Assembly: GCA_021300195.1 (NCBI GenBank)
Contig: JAJTIE010000018.1
Coordinates: forward strand, 84,393 to 148,392
DNA from: Bacteroidota bacterium
GTDB taxonomy: Bacteria > Bacteroidota > Bacteroidia > J057 > JAJTIE01
Direction of reading: 5' to 3'
Length of the DNA: 64,000 bases
In this document: piece after piece, positions 1 to 9,684 of the stretch
How the letters are laid out: every line of letters begins with the position of its first letter
How positions within the stretch are numbered: position 1 is the stretch's first letter
The notes under the pieces: model-generated
What the model saw: the letters and a program-made list of their open reading frames with translations, nothing else
Told to the model about the DNA's origin: nothing
Database searches by the model: none
Program-made: the position numbers and the translations under genes

Positions 1-209
1 GAAACAGAGTAGTCGAAGGTAATGATGTCGGTCAAGGTATCATGTCCCAAATGATCCAGGTTCATACGGTGCAGGTATGCATCATCCACAAACACGTACT
101 CCAGGCTCTCCACAGTTCTGCCGTAGCGGGCAGCTACGTTCAGCAGCCAGTCCGTCACCTCTGCCTCCTGCCCCAGCCCGAACGGAAGAATTGAATAAAA
201 AGAAATCAT
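1..209 (-). CDS. ybeY: rRNA-maturation endoribonuclease YbeY, N-terminal part; the gene runs off the left edge of the window
   Basis: Not in the ORF track because there is no stop in the window. My reverse-strand translation from the ATG at 209-207 gives MISFYSILPFGLGQEAEVTDWLLNVAARYGRTVESLEYVFVDDAYLHRMNLDHLGHDTLTDIITFDYSV. The block YxFxDDxYLxxxNxxxLxHDTxTDIIxFDY is the conserved N-terminal half of YbeY. The start overlaps the upstream stop as ATGA (206-209). Confidence 0.8.
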   Translation of the reverse strand, partial: MISFYSILPFGLGQEAEVTDWLLNVAARYGRTVESLEYVFVDDAYLHRMNLDHLGHDTLTDIITFDYSV

Positions 210-643
210 ATACTGAACCGGAGCTCCACAATGTTCCCGCTGCCCTTATATAGAATCTCGTCGGCCAAATTCTGCATCACATATACACCCCGTCCATGCT
301 CATCCAGTAGGTTCTCTGGTGCGGTTGGATCCTTAATGCTCTTAAAATCAAATCCTGCACCCTCGTCCTCTACGGCAAAGGAAATCATGTACTCGGTAAG
401 GAAGGAGCAGGTGATCCGGATCTTCTTCGAAGAATCATTTCGATTACCATGCAGGATAGCATTATTCACTGCCTCTGTCACCGTGATAAGGATGTTGCCA
501 TAAACATCCTCTCGAAAGTTATATAGCTGGTTTAGCTCCTCTATGAAGTCCTCTACCAGCGAGATTTCCTCAATCCTACTGCTAATGACAAGGTTTCGTT
601 CGGTGGGTTGACTTTTGGTAAAAGCGCTCATCGTGGTCATCAT
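206..643 (-). CDS. Anti-sigma regulatory factor-like Ser/Thr kinase (RsbW/SpoIIAB-type GHKL ATPase, HATPase_c_2)
   Basis: 145 aa. N-box EAVNNAILHGN, G1 box EDEGAGFD and G2-like GRGVYVMQNLADE are present. Size is typical for RsbW/SpoIIAB-like kinases. ATGA overlaps at both ends (640-643 and 206-209). Confidence 0.75.
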   Translation of the reverse strand: MMTTMSAFTKSQPTERNLVISSRIEEISLVEDFIEELNQLYNFREDVYGNILITVTEAVNNAILHGNRNDSSKKIRITCSFLTEYMISFAVEDEGAGFDFKSIKDPTAPENLLDEHGRGVYVMQNLADEILYKGSGNIVELRFSI

Positions 644-3600
644 TCTAGTAGATTAAAATACGACTCGATCAACTGCCTATAGGAACGAGTGTACTCATAC
701 TTATTCTTGTAATACAATTCCTTTCGAATCCGCTGCTGTAGCTCGTCCTGAGACAATTGCTGAGGAGGCACGCGCTCGTCCTCGAATGCTGTTTTTCCTT
801 CGCGCTGCTCCTCAAACTCTCTTTCTCTAATAGATTTGTCGAAGTCCAACATACGACTTAGTATACGCTGCTGCCGCGCCAAGGTTTCGGACGTTAGCTG
901 CTGCTTCCGCAGGTCCTCCTCTGTTTGCTGCATATCCTCTGCAACCTTTTGCAGGCTACCCAGGCCCTTATCGCCCTGTCCCTCCATCTGCTGCATGAGC
1001 TGCTGCATCCTGCGTCTGATCTCCTCTTGCCGCCTGGCCAGCTCGTCCATAGAGCCCTGGCCAGACTGCCGCTGTTGTTCCATCTGCTTATTTAGCTCGC
1101 CCTGCATCTTACCCATCTGCTGCATCTGCTGCTGCATCTTGCCCATCCCGCTGGCATTGGGGTTCTTGCACATCTTGCTCTGCTGGCCCTTCATCTGTTG
1201 CATCTGCTGCTGCATCTGCTGCAGGGCTTCTGTAAGCATGTTTGCCAGCTCGTTCAGATTCTTCATGATCTCGTGCTGACTGGCAACACCCATGGGGGTT
1301 CTCCGCTCGGCAAAAAACGTATTTGCCCGATCGAACTCCTTATCTATCTGGGCCAGTCGCTCGATCACAAAAGCCTTAATCTCAAAAACCCGGCCCGACA
1401 AGGCGCGAAGACTGTCGTCTATCATCTGCATGTCATCCGCCAATTTTCGCTGCTCCTGGCTCAACCGAACTAATCCTGCGTCATTCCGGCCCAAGGCCTT
1501 TACCTCGTCTCGCAATTCCTCCTGCTCAAAAGAAAGGGTTAGCAGGTTCTCGAGCAAACTCCGCAGGTCGTCATAATTTTCCTGCTGCTGCTCTAGCTCA
1601 GCCTGCTGCTGCATGTCATTCAGCTGCTGCTGCATCTGCTGCATTTGCTGCTGGCTCTGCTGCTGCTGTTGGGCACCAGACTTTGGCTTGCCAGACCGTA
1701 GCTGCTCCGAAGCATCCTGCTGACTCTGCTGTGCCTCCTTACCCAGCTGTTCCAACTCCTTCATCTCCGTCTCGTCGGGCGTTTGGCTCGTCGCCTTCTT
1801 ATCCTTCAGCTCCCCCAGCTCCTTGTTTATGCCCTGCATTTCCTTTGTGAGTCCGTCCTGCTCACGGGCAAGAGAATCCAGGCGAGCCTGACGCGAATCT
1901 CGGCTCTGCTTGCTCTCCTCCACCGAACGAACCTTATCCTCAAGTAGCTGCTGACGTGCTTCCAGCTCATCCAACCGCTTAATTAGCTCCTCCACCTTCT
2001 GAGCTATTTCCAGCTGCTTGAAAAGCTCAAGCGTACGCTCGATGGATTTCTGCAACTCTTCAGCCTCTTGCTTATACGCATCCAATTTATTCTTCAGCTC
2101 CTGCTGAGACATCTTGTCCGAATTCTTCTCCAGCTCCTGCATAATCCGCTGCAACGCCTCCGGATCCATTTGCTCCATCAGCTGCTCAAGCTCTTCCAGC
2201 TTCTGCAGCGTCTCGGGTGTATAGAGGTTCTGTGACTCTGCATTCTGCCGCTGCTCATTCAGCTTCTTACGATTCTCCTCCAGCTGGCTCAGAATCTGCT
2301 GTTGCTGCTGCACCAGTTGGCGTATCTGCTGTCTATCCTCGTATCCCAACTGCTGCTTGCTCAGTATCTTCTCCTGCACCTGCTCCAGCTCGGACTGCAG
2401 ACGTTGATTACGCTGTATCAGCTCATTGGTAGAAGCATTCCAGTTGGCAGCATCCTTCTCAGCCTCCTCATACAAGCTCTGCACGGATTGATAAGACAAC
2501 TTAACCAGGCTAGAATTAGCCGACTTAGGCCCCGAAATCTGGTCGTTGTCCCATACAGTCACGTACAGCTCCAGCTCATCCCCCTGCTCTGCACCCAGGG
2601 CAAAAAAATCGACCTCCGAACGCAAGGATTGCACAGGGATAGAATTCAATAAGTTGATTTTCAGAGACTTAAAAGAATCTGAAACCTTTGCCGGGTTCTT
2701 GCTGGCTACAAAGCGATAGGAAAGACTGGCGCCAGAAAGCCCATAGTCATCGGTAGCATCCGCCAGTACCAGAACAAAGCCGGAACCTGGTAGATCGGTG
2801 CCTGTTTCTGGCTGTACCAGCCGGACAGAAGGATAACGATCTGGAGAAACGGTAAGACGATATCCTAGCGTATCCTGATTCTGTATCCCGTCTACGGATT
2901 GTAACTGCAGGCTGTAAGCAAGATTGGATAAAACAGTACGCTCGTATAGGTAACCGCCGGCATCGGTCTTCATTACCTGCTCGCGCTTGTCGCCCAGTGC
3001 GATGAAGGCCTTATCCACCGGCCCGTTAAAGTCAAATAGCCAACGTACTGTGCTGCCCCTCAGCACATTGAAATCGCCCACATTATCGGGCATTGTCTCT
3101 GGTGCCAAGCCTGTATAAGCAGGAGGAAAAACAACAGCTCGGAAACGGCGCAGCTCTGGACGCCGGAGTACACGTGTTTCGTACAACCTGGAGCCATATC
3201 CCTCATTACCAATGTAATAGGAAAAATCTCCGTGCATATTTTCGAGCGTATAGTGGTAAGAAGCTACCCGATCTCTCAGCAGTGGATAGGAAATAAAACT
3301 CCCCCCCTCTTGCTTTTGGATATAGATAAAAAGATCATCGGGTATCTGCCTGCCCCGTGCCTTAATCCGAATGGTGGCAGATGCACCGTCCATCATTCGC
3401 TCCGGGTGGCCAGAAACCAAAATCTCGAATGGCGGAGGCGGAACAAAGTGGGTAGCATAGCGAAAGATGCGGGTAGAGCTCTGGTACAAAACCAGGGGAT
3501 TGATTACCAAAAATACCGCCAGCACCATGAGTGGAACAGCAAGCAACCGGGCAAAGCGCCAATTGGCCCGGAAGCTGATGGCCCGCGCAAAAGATATATG

Positions 3601-4005
3601 CTGCATACTGGCCGTGCGCTCCTCAATGGTGGCCCTAAGCAGGCTATACTCCTGTGCACTGGCAGCCTGGCCAAGCTGTAGCAGATTCAAAAGCCTGTCT
3701 CGAACCTCGGGAAAATGCTGCCCGATCATCCGTGCAGCAGCTTCCTCATTGAGCGTAGCACCCAGCCGGAAATAGCCTAGAGTCGGCAAAACAACAGAAC
3801 GAACCAGAACAAAACCCGCCGCCGCAAGCAGCAAAAAGAACAAACTGGTGCGCGCACCCACCCCCATCCACAGCATACTCTCAGCCAGTACCAGGGCCGT
3901 GAACAGAGCAAGCACGAGCAGCAGGAGCACAAGCAAGCCCTTAACAATCTTGTTCAGATAGTAGCGGCGCTTGAAGGCAAGTAGTCTATGCTGAATATCC
4001 ACCAT
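640..4005 (-). CDS. Giant membrane-anchored Gln-rich coiled-coil protein (DUF4175 / TIGR02302-like architecture), function unknown
   Basis: I trimmed the 1202-aa track ORF to the internal ATG at 4005 (MVDIQHRLL...), because the first 81 codons overlap xth in another frame. It has N-terminal hydrophobic helices (LLVLLLLVLALFTALVLA; LFFLLLAAAGFVLV; LLAVPLMVLAVFLVINPLVL), a non-repetitive middle of about 350 aa, then about 600 aa of Q/E/K-rich heptad-like sequence (QQMQQMQQQ, QQQQQSQQQMQQMQQQ). The family name is from memory of that architecture. Confidence 0.7.
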   Translation of the reverse strand: MVDIQHRLLAFKRRYYLNKIVKGLLVLLLLVLALFTALVLAESMLWMGVGARTSLFFLLLAAAGFVLVRSVVLPTLGYFRLGATLNEEAAARMIGQHFPEVRDRLLNLLQLGQAASAQEYSLLRATIEERTASMQHISFARAISFRANWRFARLLAVPLMVLAVFLVINPLVLYQSSTRIFRYATHFVPPPPFEILVSGHPERMMDGASATIRIKARGRQIPDDLFIYIQKQEGGSFISYPLLRDRVASYHYTLENMHGDFSYYIGNEGYGSRLYETRVLRRPELRRFRAVVFPPAYTGLAPETMPDNVGDFNVLRGSTVRWLFDFNGPVDKAFIALGDKREQVMKTDAGGYLYERTVLSNLAYSLQLQSVDGIQNQDTLGYRLTVSPDRYPSVRLVQPETGTDLPGSGFVLVLADATDDYGLSGASLSYRFVASKNPAKVSDSFKSLKINLLNSIPVQSLRSEVDFFALGAEQGDELELYVTVWDNDQISGPKSANSSLVKLSYQSVQSLYEEAEKDAANWNASTNELIQRNQRLQSELEQVQEKILSKQQLGYEDRQQIRQLVQQQQQILSQLEENRKKLNEQRQNAESQNLYTPETLQKLEELEQLMEQMDPEALQRIMQELEKNSDKMSQQELKNKLDAYKQEAEELQKSIERTLELFKQLEIAQKVEELIKRLDELEARQQLLEDKVRSVEESKQSRDSRQARLDSLAREQDGLTKEMQGINKELGELKDKKATSQTPDETEMKELEQLGKEAQQSQQDASEQLRSGKPKSGAQQQQQSQQQMQQMQQQLNDMQQQAELEQQQENYDDLRSLLENLLTLSFEQEELRDEVKALGRNDAGLVRLSQEQRKLADDMQMIDDSLRALSGRVFEIKAFVIERLAQIDKEFDRANTFFAERRTPMGVASQHEIMKNLNELANMLTEALQQMQQQMQQMKGQQSKMCKNPNASGMGKMQQQMQQMGKMQGELNKQMEQQRQSGQGSMDELARRQEEIRRRMQQLMQQMEGQGDKGLGSLQKVAEDMQQTEEDLRKQQLTSETLARQQRILSRMLDFDKSIREREFEEQREGKTAFEDERVPPQQLSQDELQQRIRKELYYKNKYEYTRSYRQLIESYFNLLE

Positions 4006-4007
4006 AG

Positions 4008-4775
4008 TTATGCATCGTCCAAAATCAACTCCAGGGGGCAATGATCGCTCATGTCCACCTCTGCATAAATACGCTGATCGAGCACGCTGGGTGCCAAAGC
4101 TGGACTGACAATGTGATAATCTATTCGCCAGCCCTTGTTTCTTGCCTTTGCACCGGCCCTGTAGCTCCACCAGGTGTACAGCTGGGGTGCATCCGTCACC
4201 AGGCGCAGGCTGTCTGCCCACCCGTCGGATAGGAAGTCGCTCATCCACTGCCGCTCGTGCGGCAAAAAGCCACTGCTCTTCTTATTCCGAACGGGGTCGT
4301 GAATATCCCTTTCCATATGGGCGATATTGTAGTCGCCAGAAATAACCAGCCTGGGGTACTGCTCTAGCAGGCTAGCGGCATAAGGCCTGAAAAACTCGAG
4401 AAACCGATCCTTTACTTCCTGTCTGTGGTCTCCGCTAGTTCCGCTGGGCAGGTACAGGTTCAGAACTGCCAGGTCGCCAAAATCTGTTAGCAGGCAGCGT
4501 CCTTCAGCATCATAGGCTGCGTGGCCGCAGCCATAGCGCACCTCCTTGGGCCCACGCTTCGTCAGGGTTGCTACCCCACTATAGCCCCGCTTCTCGGCCG
4601 GATGGTAGTAAAATTCATAGCCATCCCAAGTATGCTTAAAATCCTGAATGGCATCTTCATCGATCTTGATCTCCTGAAACAGATATACGTCCGCACCCTG
4701 CGCCAGCACCCACTCCCGTAGGCCCTTCTTCATAGCGGCTCGCAATCCGTTCAGGTTAAAGGAAATGATGCGCAT
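4008..4775 (-). CDS. xth: Exodeoxyribonuclease III
   Basis: 255 aa. MRIISFNLNGLRA... N-terminus, and C-terminal WRIDY...SDHCP, are typical of the ExoIII/APE1 EEP family. It starts 1 nt after the thiL stop. Confidence 0.9.
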   Translation of the reverse strand: MRIISFNLNGLRAAMKKGLREWVLAQGADVYLFQEIKIDEDAIQDFKHTWDGYEFYYHPAEKRGYSGVATLTKRGPKEVRYGCGHAAYDAEGRCLLTDFGDLAVLNLYLPSGTSGDHRQEVKDRFLEFFRPYAASLLEQYPRLVISGDYNIAHMERDIHDPVRNKKSSGFLPHERQWMSDFLSDGWADSLRLVTDAPQLYTWWSYRAGAKARNKGWRIDYHIVSPALAPSVLDQRIYAEVDMSDHCPLELILDDA

Positions 4776-5825
4776 CTAGGATTGAAAATGATGATAGCCC
4801 AAGGGCTTTAGCTCGCTGGCCTCGCCGCCATCGGTTACCAGCATAACGCCGGTCTCCGCTGTCGTCATAAAACCGATGGGGCAAATATGTGGATGATCTT
4901 TGATCTGATCGAAGTCTGTAGGAGAAACCGTGAACAAAAGCTCATAATCCTCGCCCCCGTATAGTGCAAAGGTGCCTGGAGCTACCTGCATTTCGTCGGC
5001 AGCCTTGCTGGTTTCATAGTCTATGGGTAGCCTGCTCAAAAGCACCCGGGCACCCAGCCCGCTCTCCCGTGCCAGGTGGTTCACCTCACTGGCCAGCCCG
5101 TCGCTTACGTCTATCATACTGCTGGGCACCACGCCCCGCTCAGCAAACCAGTCGATATACTTTGCGGTGGAACTCGGCCTCAGCTGCCGCTCCACGATGT
5201 AGGAATATCCGGATAGATCGGGCTGCAAATCCGGATTCTGCTGGTGCACCTGTTTCTCTCGCTCCAGTATCTGCAGCCCTGCATAGGCTGCCCCCAGGTC
5301 TCCGGTTACGCACAGCACATCATGCACCTGTGCACCCGATCGGTAACTGATTTTATCCCGCTGCTGCCTGCCAAAAACTGTGACGGAAATACCGATACCC
5401 GAACGTGTACTGGTTGTGTCGCCCCCCAGCAGTGTTACGCCCGCCTCCCTGCAGGCATATTCTACACCGGTGTAAAAGGCATCCCAAGCCTGGGTGCTCA
5501 TCCGGTTGCCCACGGCCAGATTTAGCACCAGGCCAAAGGGCCGAGCATTCATGGCATGGATGTCGCTGAAGTTCACCATGCAGGCCTTGTATCCCAGGTG
5601 GAGAATGGGACCATAACTGCGGTCGAAATGAACTCCCTCCATCAGCATATCGCTGCTGATCAGTAGGGCATCCGTATCGGAAATGGACACCACGGCGGCA
5701 TCGTCTCCAATGCCCCGGACTATTTCGGCGGCATCGGCCTGAAAACGTGCCCGAAGCCCGGCTATCAGCCCGAACTCACCAATGGCCGACAAGGGCGTGC
5801 CCACTATGTCTCTCTCCTCCAGCAT
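4776..5825 (-). CDS. thiL: Thiamine-monophosphate kinase
   Basis: 349 aa. GEFGLIAGLR...GIGDDAAV N-terminal motif and the AIR-synthase-related (PurM-like) layout. Confidence 0.85.
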   Translation of the reverse strand: MLEERDIVGTPLSAIGEFGLIAGLRARFQADAAEIVRGIGDDAAVVSISDTDALLISSDMLMEGVHFDRSYGPILHLGYKACMVNFSDIHAMNARPFGLVLNLAVGNRMSTQAWDAFYTGVEYACREAGVTLLGGDTTSTRSGIGISVTVFGRQQRDKISYRSGAQVHDVLCVTGDLGAAYAGLQILEREKQVHQQNPDLQPDLSGYSYIVERQLRPSSTAKYIDWFAERGVVPSSMIDVSDGLASEVNHLARESGLGARVLLSRLPIDYETSKAADEMQVAPGTFALYGGEDYELLFTVSPTDFDQIKDHPHICPIGFMTTAETGVMLVTDGGEASELKPLGYHHFQS

Positions 5826-5838
5826 TTTGAACTAACTT

Positions 5839-6834
5839 CTATAGGCCCAATTCTGCACTCAGGTCTAGCATCCGCCGTATGGGCAGGTAGGCAGCCTCCA
5901 GCAGCGAACGATCCATCTCCAGCTCGGGAGCTTCGTACTTCAGGGTAAGGTACACCTTTTCGAGGGTGTTCAGCTTCATGTGTGGACAATTATTGCAGGC
6001 ACAGGGCTGGTTGCTGGGCGCAGGAATCAGCTGCTTCTCCGGATTCGTTTTCTGCATCTGGTGCAGGATACCTGGCTCTGTGGCCACAATAAACTCCCTG
6101 GCTGGCGAAGTCTGCACAAACTTGAGCAGCCCGCTAGTACTGCCTACAAAATCTGCTAGCTGCAGCACCGCCTCCTCGCACTCGGGGTGCGCAATAAGCA
6201 AAGCAGCAGGATGCTGCCGCTGCACCTCCACAATCTTGTTTCGGCTGAAAATCTCGTGAACCATGCAGGCACCATCCCACAGCACCAGGGGCCGCTGCGT
6301 TACCTTGCTCACAAAAGCGCCCAGATTCTTATCTGGCGCAAAGATCAGCGGCTGACTCTTGGGAAAACTGTTCACAATGCTCACCGCATTGCTACTGGTA
6401 ACAATCACGTCGCTCATGGCCTTCAGCTCTGCACTGCAGTTTATGTAGCTCACCACCTTGTGCCGGGGATACTGCGCCTTGAAGGCGGCAAAGGCCTCTG
6501 CCGGGCAGCTCTCTTCCAGGCTGCAGCCCGCATTCAGGTCGGGTATCAGCACCTTCTTCTGCGGATTCAGGATCTTTGCTGTCTCTGCCATAAAGTGCAC
6601 CCCTGCAAACAGAATCAGGTCTGCATCGGTTTTGGCAGCCTGCTGGCTCAGCCCCAGGCTGTCGCCCACGTAGTCTGCCACGTCCTGTATATCGGCATCC
6701 TGGTAGTAGTGTGCCAGGATGATTGCTCGCTTCTCCCGCTTCAGTTGCTCTATCTCGGCAAACAGATCCAGGAACGGATCTACCTCTGCCTGCACAAAAC
6801 CAACTCGCTGGGCTTCCTGCTTTACTTTTTCCAC
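5839..6834 (-). CDS. nadA: Quinolinate synthase A
   Basis: 331 aa. [22 protein letters not shown], and conserved Cys-containing segments ([20 protein letters not shown]). GTG start at 6834. Confidence 0.9.
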   Translation of the reverse strand: MEKVKQEAQRVGFVQAEVDPFLDLFAEIEQLKREKRAIILAHYYQDADIQDVADYVGDSLGLSQQAAKTDADLILFAGVHFMAETAKILNPQKKVLIPDLNAGCSLEESCPAEAFAAFKAQYPRHKVVSYINCSAELKAMSDVIVTSSNAVSIVNSFPKSQPLIFAPDKNLGAFVSKVTQRPLVLWDGACMVHEIFSRNKIVEVQRQHPAALLIAHPECEEAVLQLADFVGSTSGLLKFVQTSPAREFIVATEPGILHQMQKTNPEKQLIPAPSNQPCACNNCPHMKLNTLEKVYLTLKYEAPELEMDRSLLEAAYLPIRRMLDLSAELGL

Positions 6835-7238
6835 CTCTTATTAATTCTTGTTCTTTTTCTATTTAAAAAAACATAGTCATAATGGGGGTGTGAATAGGGG
6901 CAAAACCTGTTTGCGCCAAATTTGGATAAATCACAATCCACATTTTGTTCAGACTACTTGACACCCTAAAAGTACGCGAAAAACCCCAGAATCCACCGAT
7001 TTTGCCCGTGCTTTCCACTTGCCTACCCGGCTTCTTTCGGTTTTCCTCCCCACACTTGTGTATATTTACCTATCCACAGGCAGAACGGTTCCCTGGTGGA
7101 TGAAGAGAGAAAAAAATAACTTGTCTTTCCCGTGGCTGCAGCAGTAACCAGGCAGGTTTTTTTATTCCCTATTTTTCCCCCTTTCTTCCACACCGGTAGC
7201 TACCGTTTTGCACAGCCCTGTTCCTGGCTCCGCCCCCT

Positions 7239-9155
7239 ATGCGCGTACCCGAGCATATAAAAGACCAGATCTATCAAACCGCTGACATACTGGAGGTTAT
7301 AGGCGACTACGTGCAGCTGAAGAAAAGAGGTACAAACTGGTGGGGCCTGTCTCCCTTCAAGGCCGAACGCACCCCTAGCTTTTCTGTCCATCCGCAAAAG
7401 GGTATATTCAAGGATTTTGCTTCGGGCAAAGGCGGTACCCTGGTGGGTTTCCTTATGGAAATGGAGGGCTATACCTATGGCGAGGCGCTTCAGCATCTGG
7501 CCCGTAAGTACAACATTCCGCTGGAGACGGAACAGATGCAGGCCGAAGACCCCGATGCACGTGCCAGCATGCGGGCGCTCAACCACTTTGCTGCAGGCTG
7601 GTTTCATCAGCAGCTTATCCACAGTGAGGAGGGACGTACCCTTGCCCGCTCCTATTTTCTCGAACGTGGTTTTGGCGAGTCCATTATCCAGGAATTTCAG
7701 CTCGGCTATTGCCCTTCCGGCTGGGATCCCTTTACCCAGGCTGCCCTCAAGGCACAGTATCAGGAAAAATTCCTGCTGGATACTGGCCTGAGCCTGCGTA
7801 GCGACAAAACGGGCAAGCTGCTGGATCGCTTTCACGACCGGGTAATGTTCCCCATCCTGGAGCCCAATGGTACCGTGGCTGGTTTTGGCGGGCGCATTCT
7901 GGGATCGGATAAAAAGACGGCCAAGTACCTGAATAGCCCCGATAGTGCCGTCTATAACAAAAGCAAGCTACTCTATGGCCTGTACCAAGCCCGCAATGCC
8001 ATCCGTACGGAGCAGCAGGCTATCCTGGTAGAGGGCTATACGGATGTGCTGAGCATGCACCAGGCCGGCCTGAATACGGCTGTAGCCAGCTGTGGCACCA
8101 GCCTGGTGGCCGAGCAGGTGCAGCTGCTGGCCCGATACACCAAAACAATCCTGGTGGTGTATGACAGTGATGCGGCAGGCCAGCAGGCTACCCTGCGTGC
8201 TATGGAGCTGATCCTCTCTGCCGGCCTTTCTGCCCGGGCGCTGCTGCTGCCCGAGGGGCACGACCCCGATACCTACCTGCTGCAGGAGGGTGCTGCTGCC
8301 TTTCGCCGCTATGCCGAGCAGCATACACAGGATGTCGTTTCTTTTTTTCTGGCCCATAACCTGAAGGATCCACGCGACCTGGGCCAAAAAGCACAGGTGG
8401 CAGAGGCCCTGCTCACCCTCATTGCCAAAATCCCCGACGAGATCCAGCGGCACCTGTATACCCAAGAGGCGGCCCGCCAGCTGCAGCTGGAGGCTGACCT
8501 ACTGCTGGGCAAGATGGCACAGCTGTACCGCCAGGACCACCAGCAGCAGCTACGCGCCGCCCACCGAAGTGAACAGAAAGCAGCCGCCAGCGGGCTACAA
8601 CCGGCGCAGGCACCACTAACAGGCCACTACGAAATGCAGGAGCGCGAACTGCTCCGCCTTTTGCTCAATTACCCCGAGCAAGGCATACAGTATGAAGATG
8701 CCCCCACCACCGTATTTGAGCTACTGAGTGAAATGCTGGGCGAGCTGCATTTCCAGCATCCACTGCTGGAGCGCATCCGCCAGCATTTCTTCCTCTACTA
8801 TCCCCAGCGGCAGGAAAACACCGTACCGGCCATGATAGATGAACTGGGTAGCGAGGCGCAGAGCCTGATAACGCAGCTTGTTACACAAAAGCATACCCTG
8901 AGCGAACGCTGGAAGCAGATAGATGTAGACACACCCGCTGCAGACCAGTATCTGGATCGATGTGTAACGGCTGCCCTGGACTACTACCACTACCACCGCT
9001 ACAAGCAGCTGGAGCAAGAGCTGCTCATTATGATCCGCGAACAGCAGGGGGCCGAGCCAGCCGAAGAAGAAGTGATAAAACTGCTGAAGCGAACGCAAAA
9101 GCTGGATAAGCTGTTGAAACCGCTATCTGAGCGCATTGGCACAGTGGTATTTTAG
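7239..9155 (+). CDS. dnaG: DNA primase
   Basis: 638 aa. Zinc-binding-region N-terminus (GLSPFKAERTPSFSVHPQKGIFKDFASGKGG) and Toprim region (ILVEGYTDVLSMHQAG...VVYDSDAAG). Confidence 0.92.
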   Translation: MRVPEHIKDQIYQTADILEVIGDYVQLKKRGTNWWGLSPFKAERTPSFSVHPQKGIFKDFASGKGGTLVGFLMEMEGYTYGEALQHLARKYNIPLETEQMQAEDPDARASMRALNHFAAGWFHQQLIHSEEGRTLARSYFLERGFGESIIQEFQLGYCPSGWDPFTQAALKAQYQEKFLLDTGLSLRSDKTGKLLDRFHDRVMFPILEPNGTVAGFGGRILGSDKKTAKYLNSPDSAVYNKSKLLYGLYQARNAIRTEQQAILVEGYTDVLSMHQAGLNTAVASCGTSLVAEQVQLLARYTKTILVVYDSDAAGQQATLRAMELILSAGLSARALLLPEGHDPDTYLLQEGAAAFRRYAEQHTQDVVSFFLAHNLKDPRDLGQKAQVAEALLTLIAKIPDEIQRHLYTQEAARQLQLEADLLLGKMAQLYRQDHQQQLRAAHRSEQKAAASGLQPAQAPLTGHYEMQERELLRLLLNYPEQGIQYEDAPTTVFELLSEMLGELHFQHPLLERIRQHFFLYYPQRQENTVPAMIDELGSEAQSLITQLVTQKHTLSERWKQIDVDTPAADQYLDRCVTAALDYYHYHRYKQLEQELLIMIREQQGAEPAEEEVIKLLKRTQKLDKLLKPLSERIGTVVF

Positions 9156-9314
9156 GGCTAGAGGCTCAATTACTTGCAAGTGGGTGTATGCCAGGTAGAC
9201 CACAAAATAAAGTATAGACCCGCTGTCGTTCAGTGTATATATAGTGGTAAAAAGCTCCACCTATTCTACCCCGCGGGGCAGTGCCACAGAGGTTTAAATA
9301 CAAATAGCCTAGCC

Positions 9315-9611
9315 ATGACGAGGTATCTGATAGAAATGGATTTTCCGGAGCATAAGTCTACCGACTTTATCCTGCGCATACCCGAGCAGCGAGCCCGCGT
9401 AGAGCAGATGATTAAACAGGGAGAAATACAGGACTATATCCTGAATGAAGCCCGCACCAAGCTATGGATTGTGGTGGATGCGGAGAATGAGCCTACTGCG
9501 CGTGAAAAAGTAGGGCTACTGCCCCTAACAGCATTCTCCACCTGCCGGGTACACAGTCTGCTCTTCCATCATTCGGCTCAGGCTATGCTTCCACCGGTTA
9601 TGCTCAATTAG
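9315..9611 (+). CDS. Small conserved hypothetical protein (muconolactone-isomerase-like fold is tentative)
   Basis: I trimmed the track ORF (TTG at 9174) to the ATG at 9315 (MTRYLIEMDFPEH...). At 98 aa, the beta-alpha-beta style pattern and LPL...H C-terminus resemble small MIase-like proteins. Weak call made from memory. Confidence 0.45.
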   Translation: MTRYLIEMDFPEHKSTDFILRIPEQRARVEQMIKQGEIQDYILNEARTKLWIVVDAENEPTAREKVGLLPLTAFSTCRVHSLLFHHSAQAMLPPVMLN

Positions 9612-9653
9612 GCTTCTGCCTTCCAATGCCCTCTATAATGGCCCCGGTTGGGC

Positions 9654-9661
9654 TATCTTTG
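9654..9661 (+). promoter_or_regulatory. -7 box (TATCTTTG)
   Basis: Exact TAnnTTTG match, 23 nt before ATG 9685. Confidence 0.4.
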
Positions 9662-9684
9662 TAACACTCATACTCTTGGAATAC

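Noticed and set aside
4006-4248. An 81-codon N-terminal extension of the giant coiled-coil ORF.
   Set aside because: It overlaps the 3' end of xth in another frame and is Arg/Gly/Cys-rich. The internal ATG at 4005 lies 2 nt after the xth stop and is followed by the expected membrane helices.
6835-7000. A NAD+ (nadA-motif) riboswitch upstream of nadA.
   Set aside because: I could not identify the tandem bulged-stem domains of that motif. As far as I recall, it is restricted to Acidobacteria. A covariance-model scan would be needed to claim it.
7200-7835. A 211-aa minus-strand ORF overlapping the start of dnaG.
   Set aside because: It is antisense to the conserved zinc-binding N-terminus of DnaG and has no motifs.
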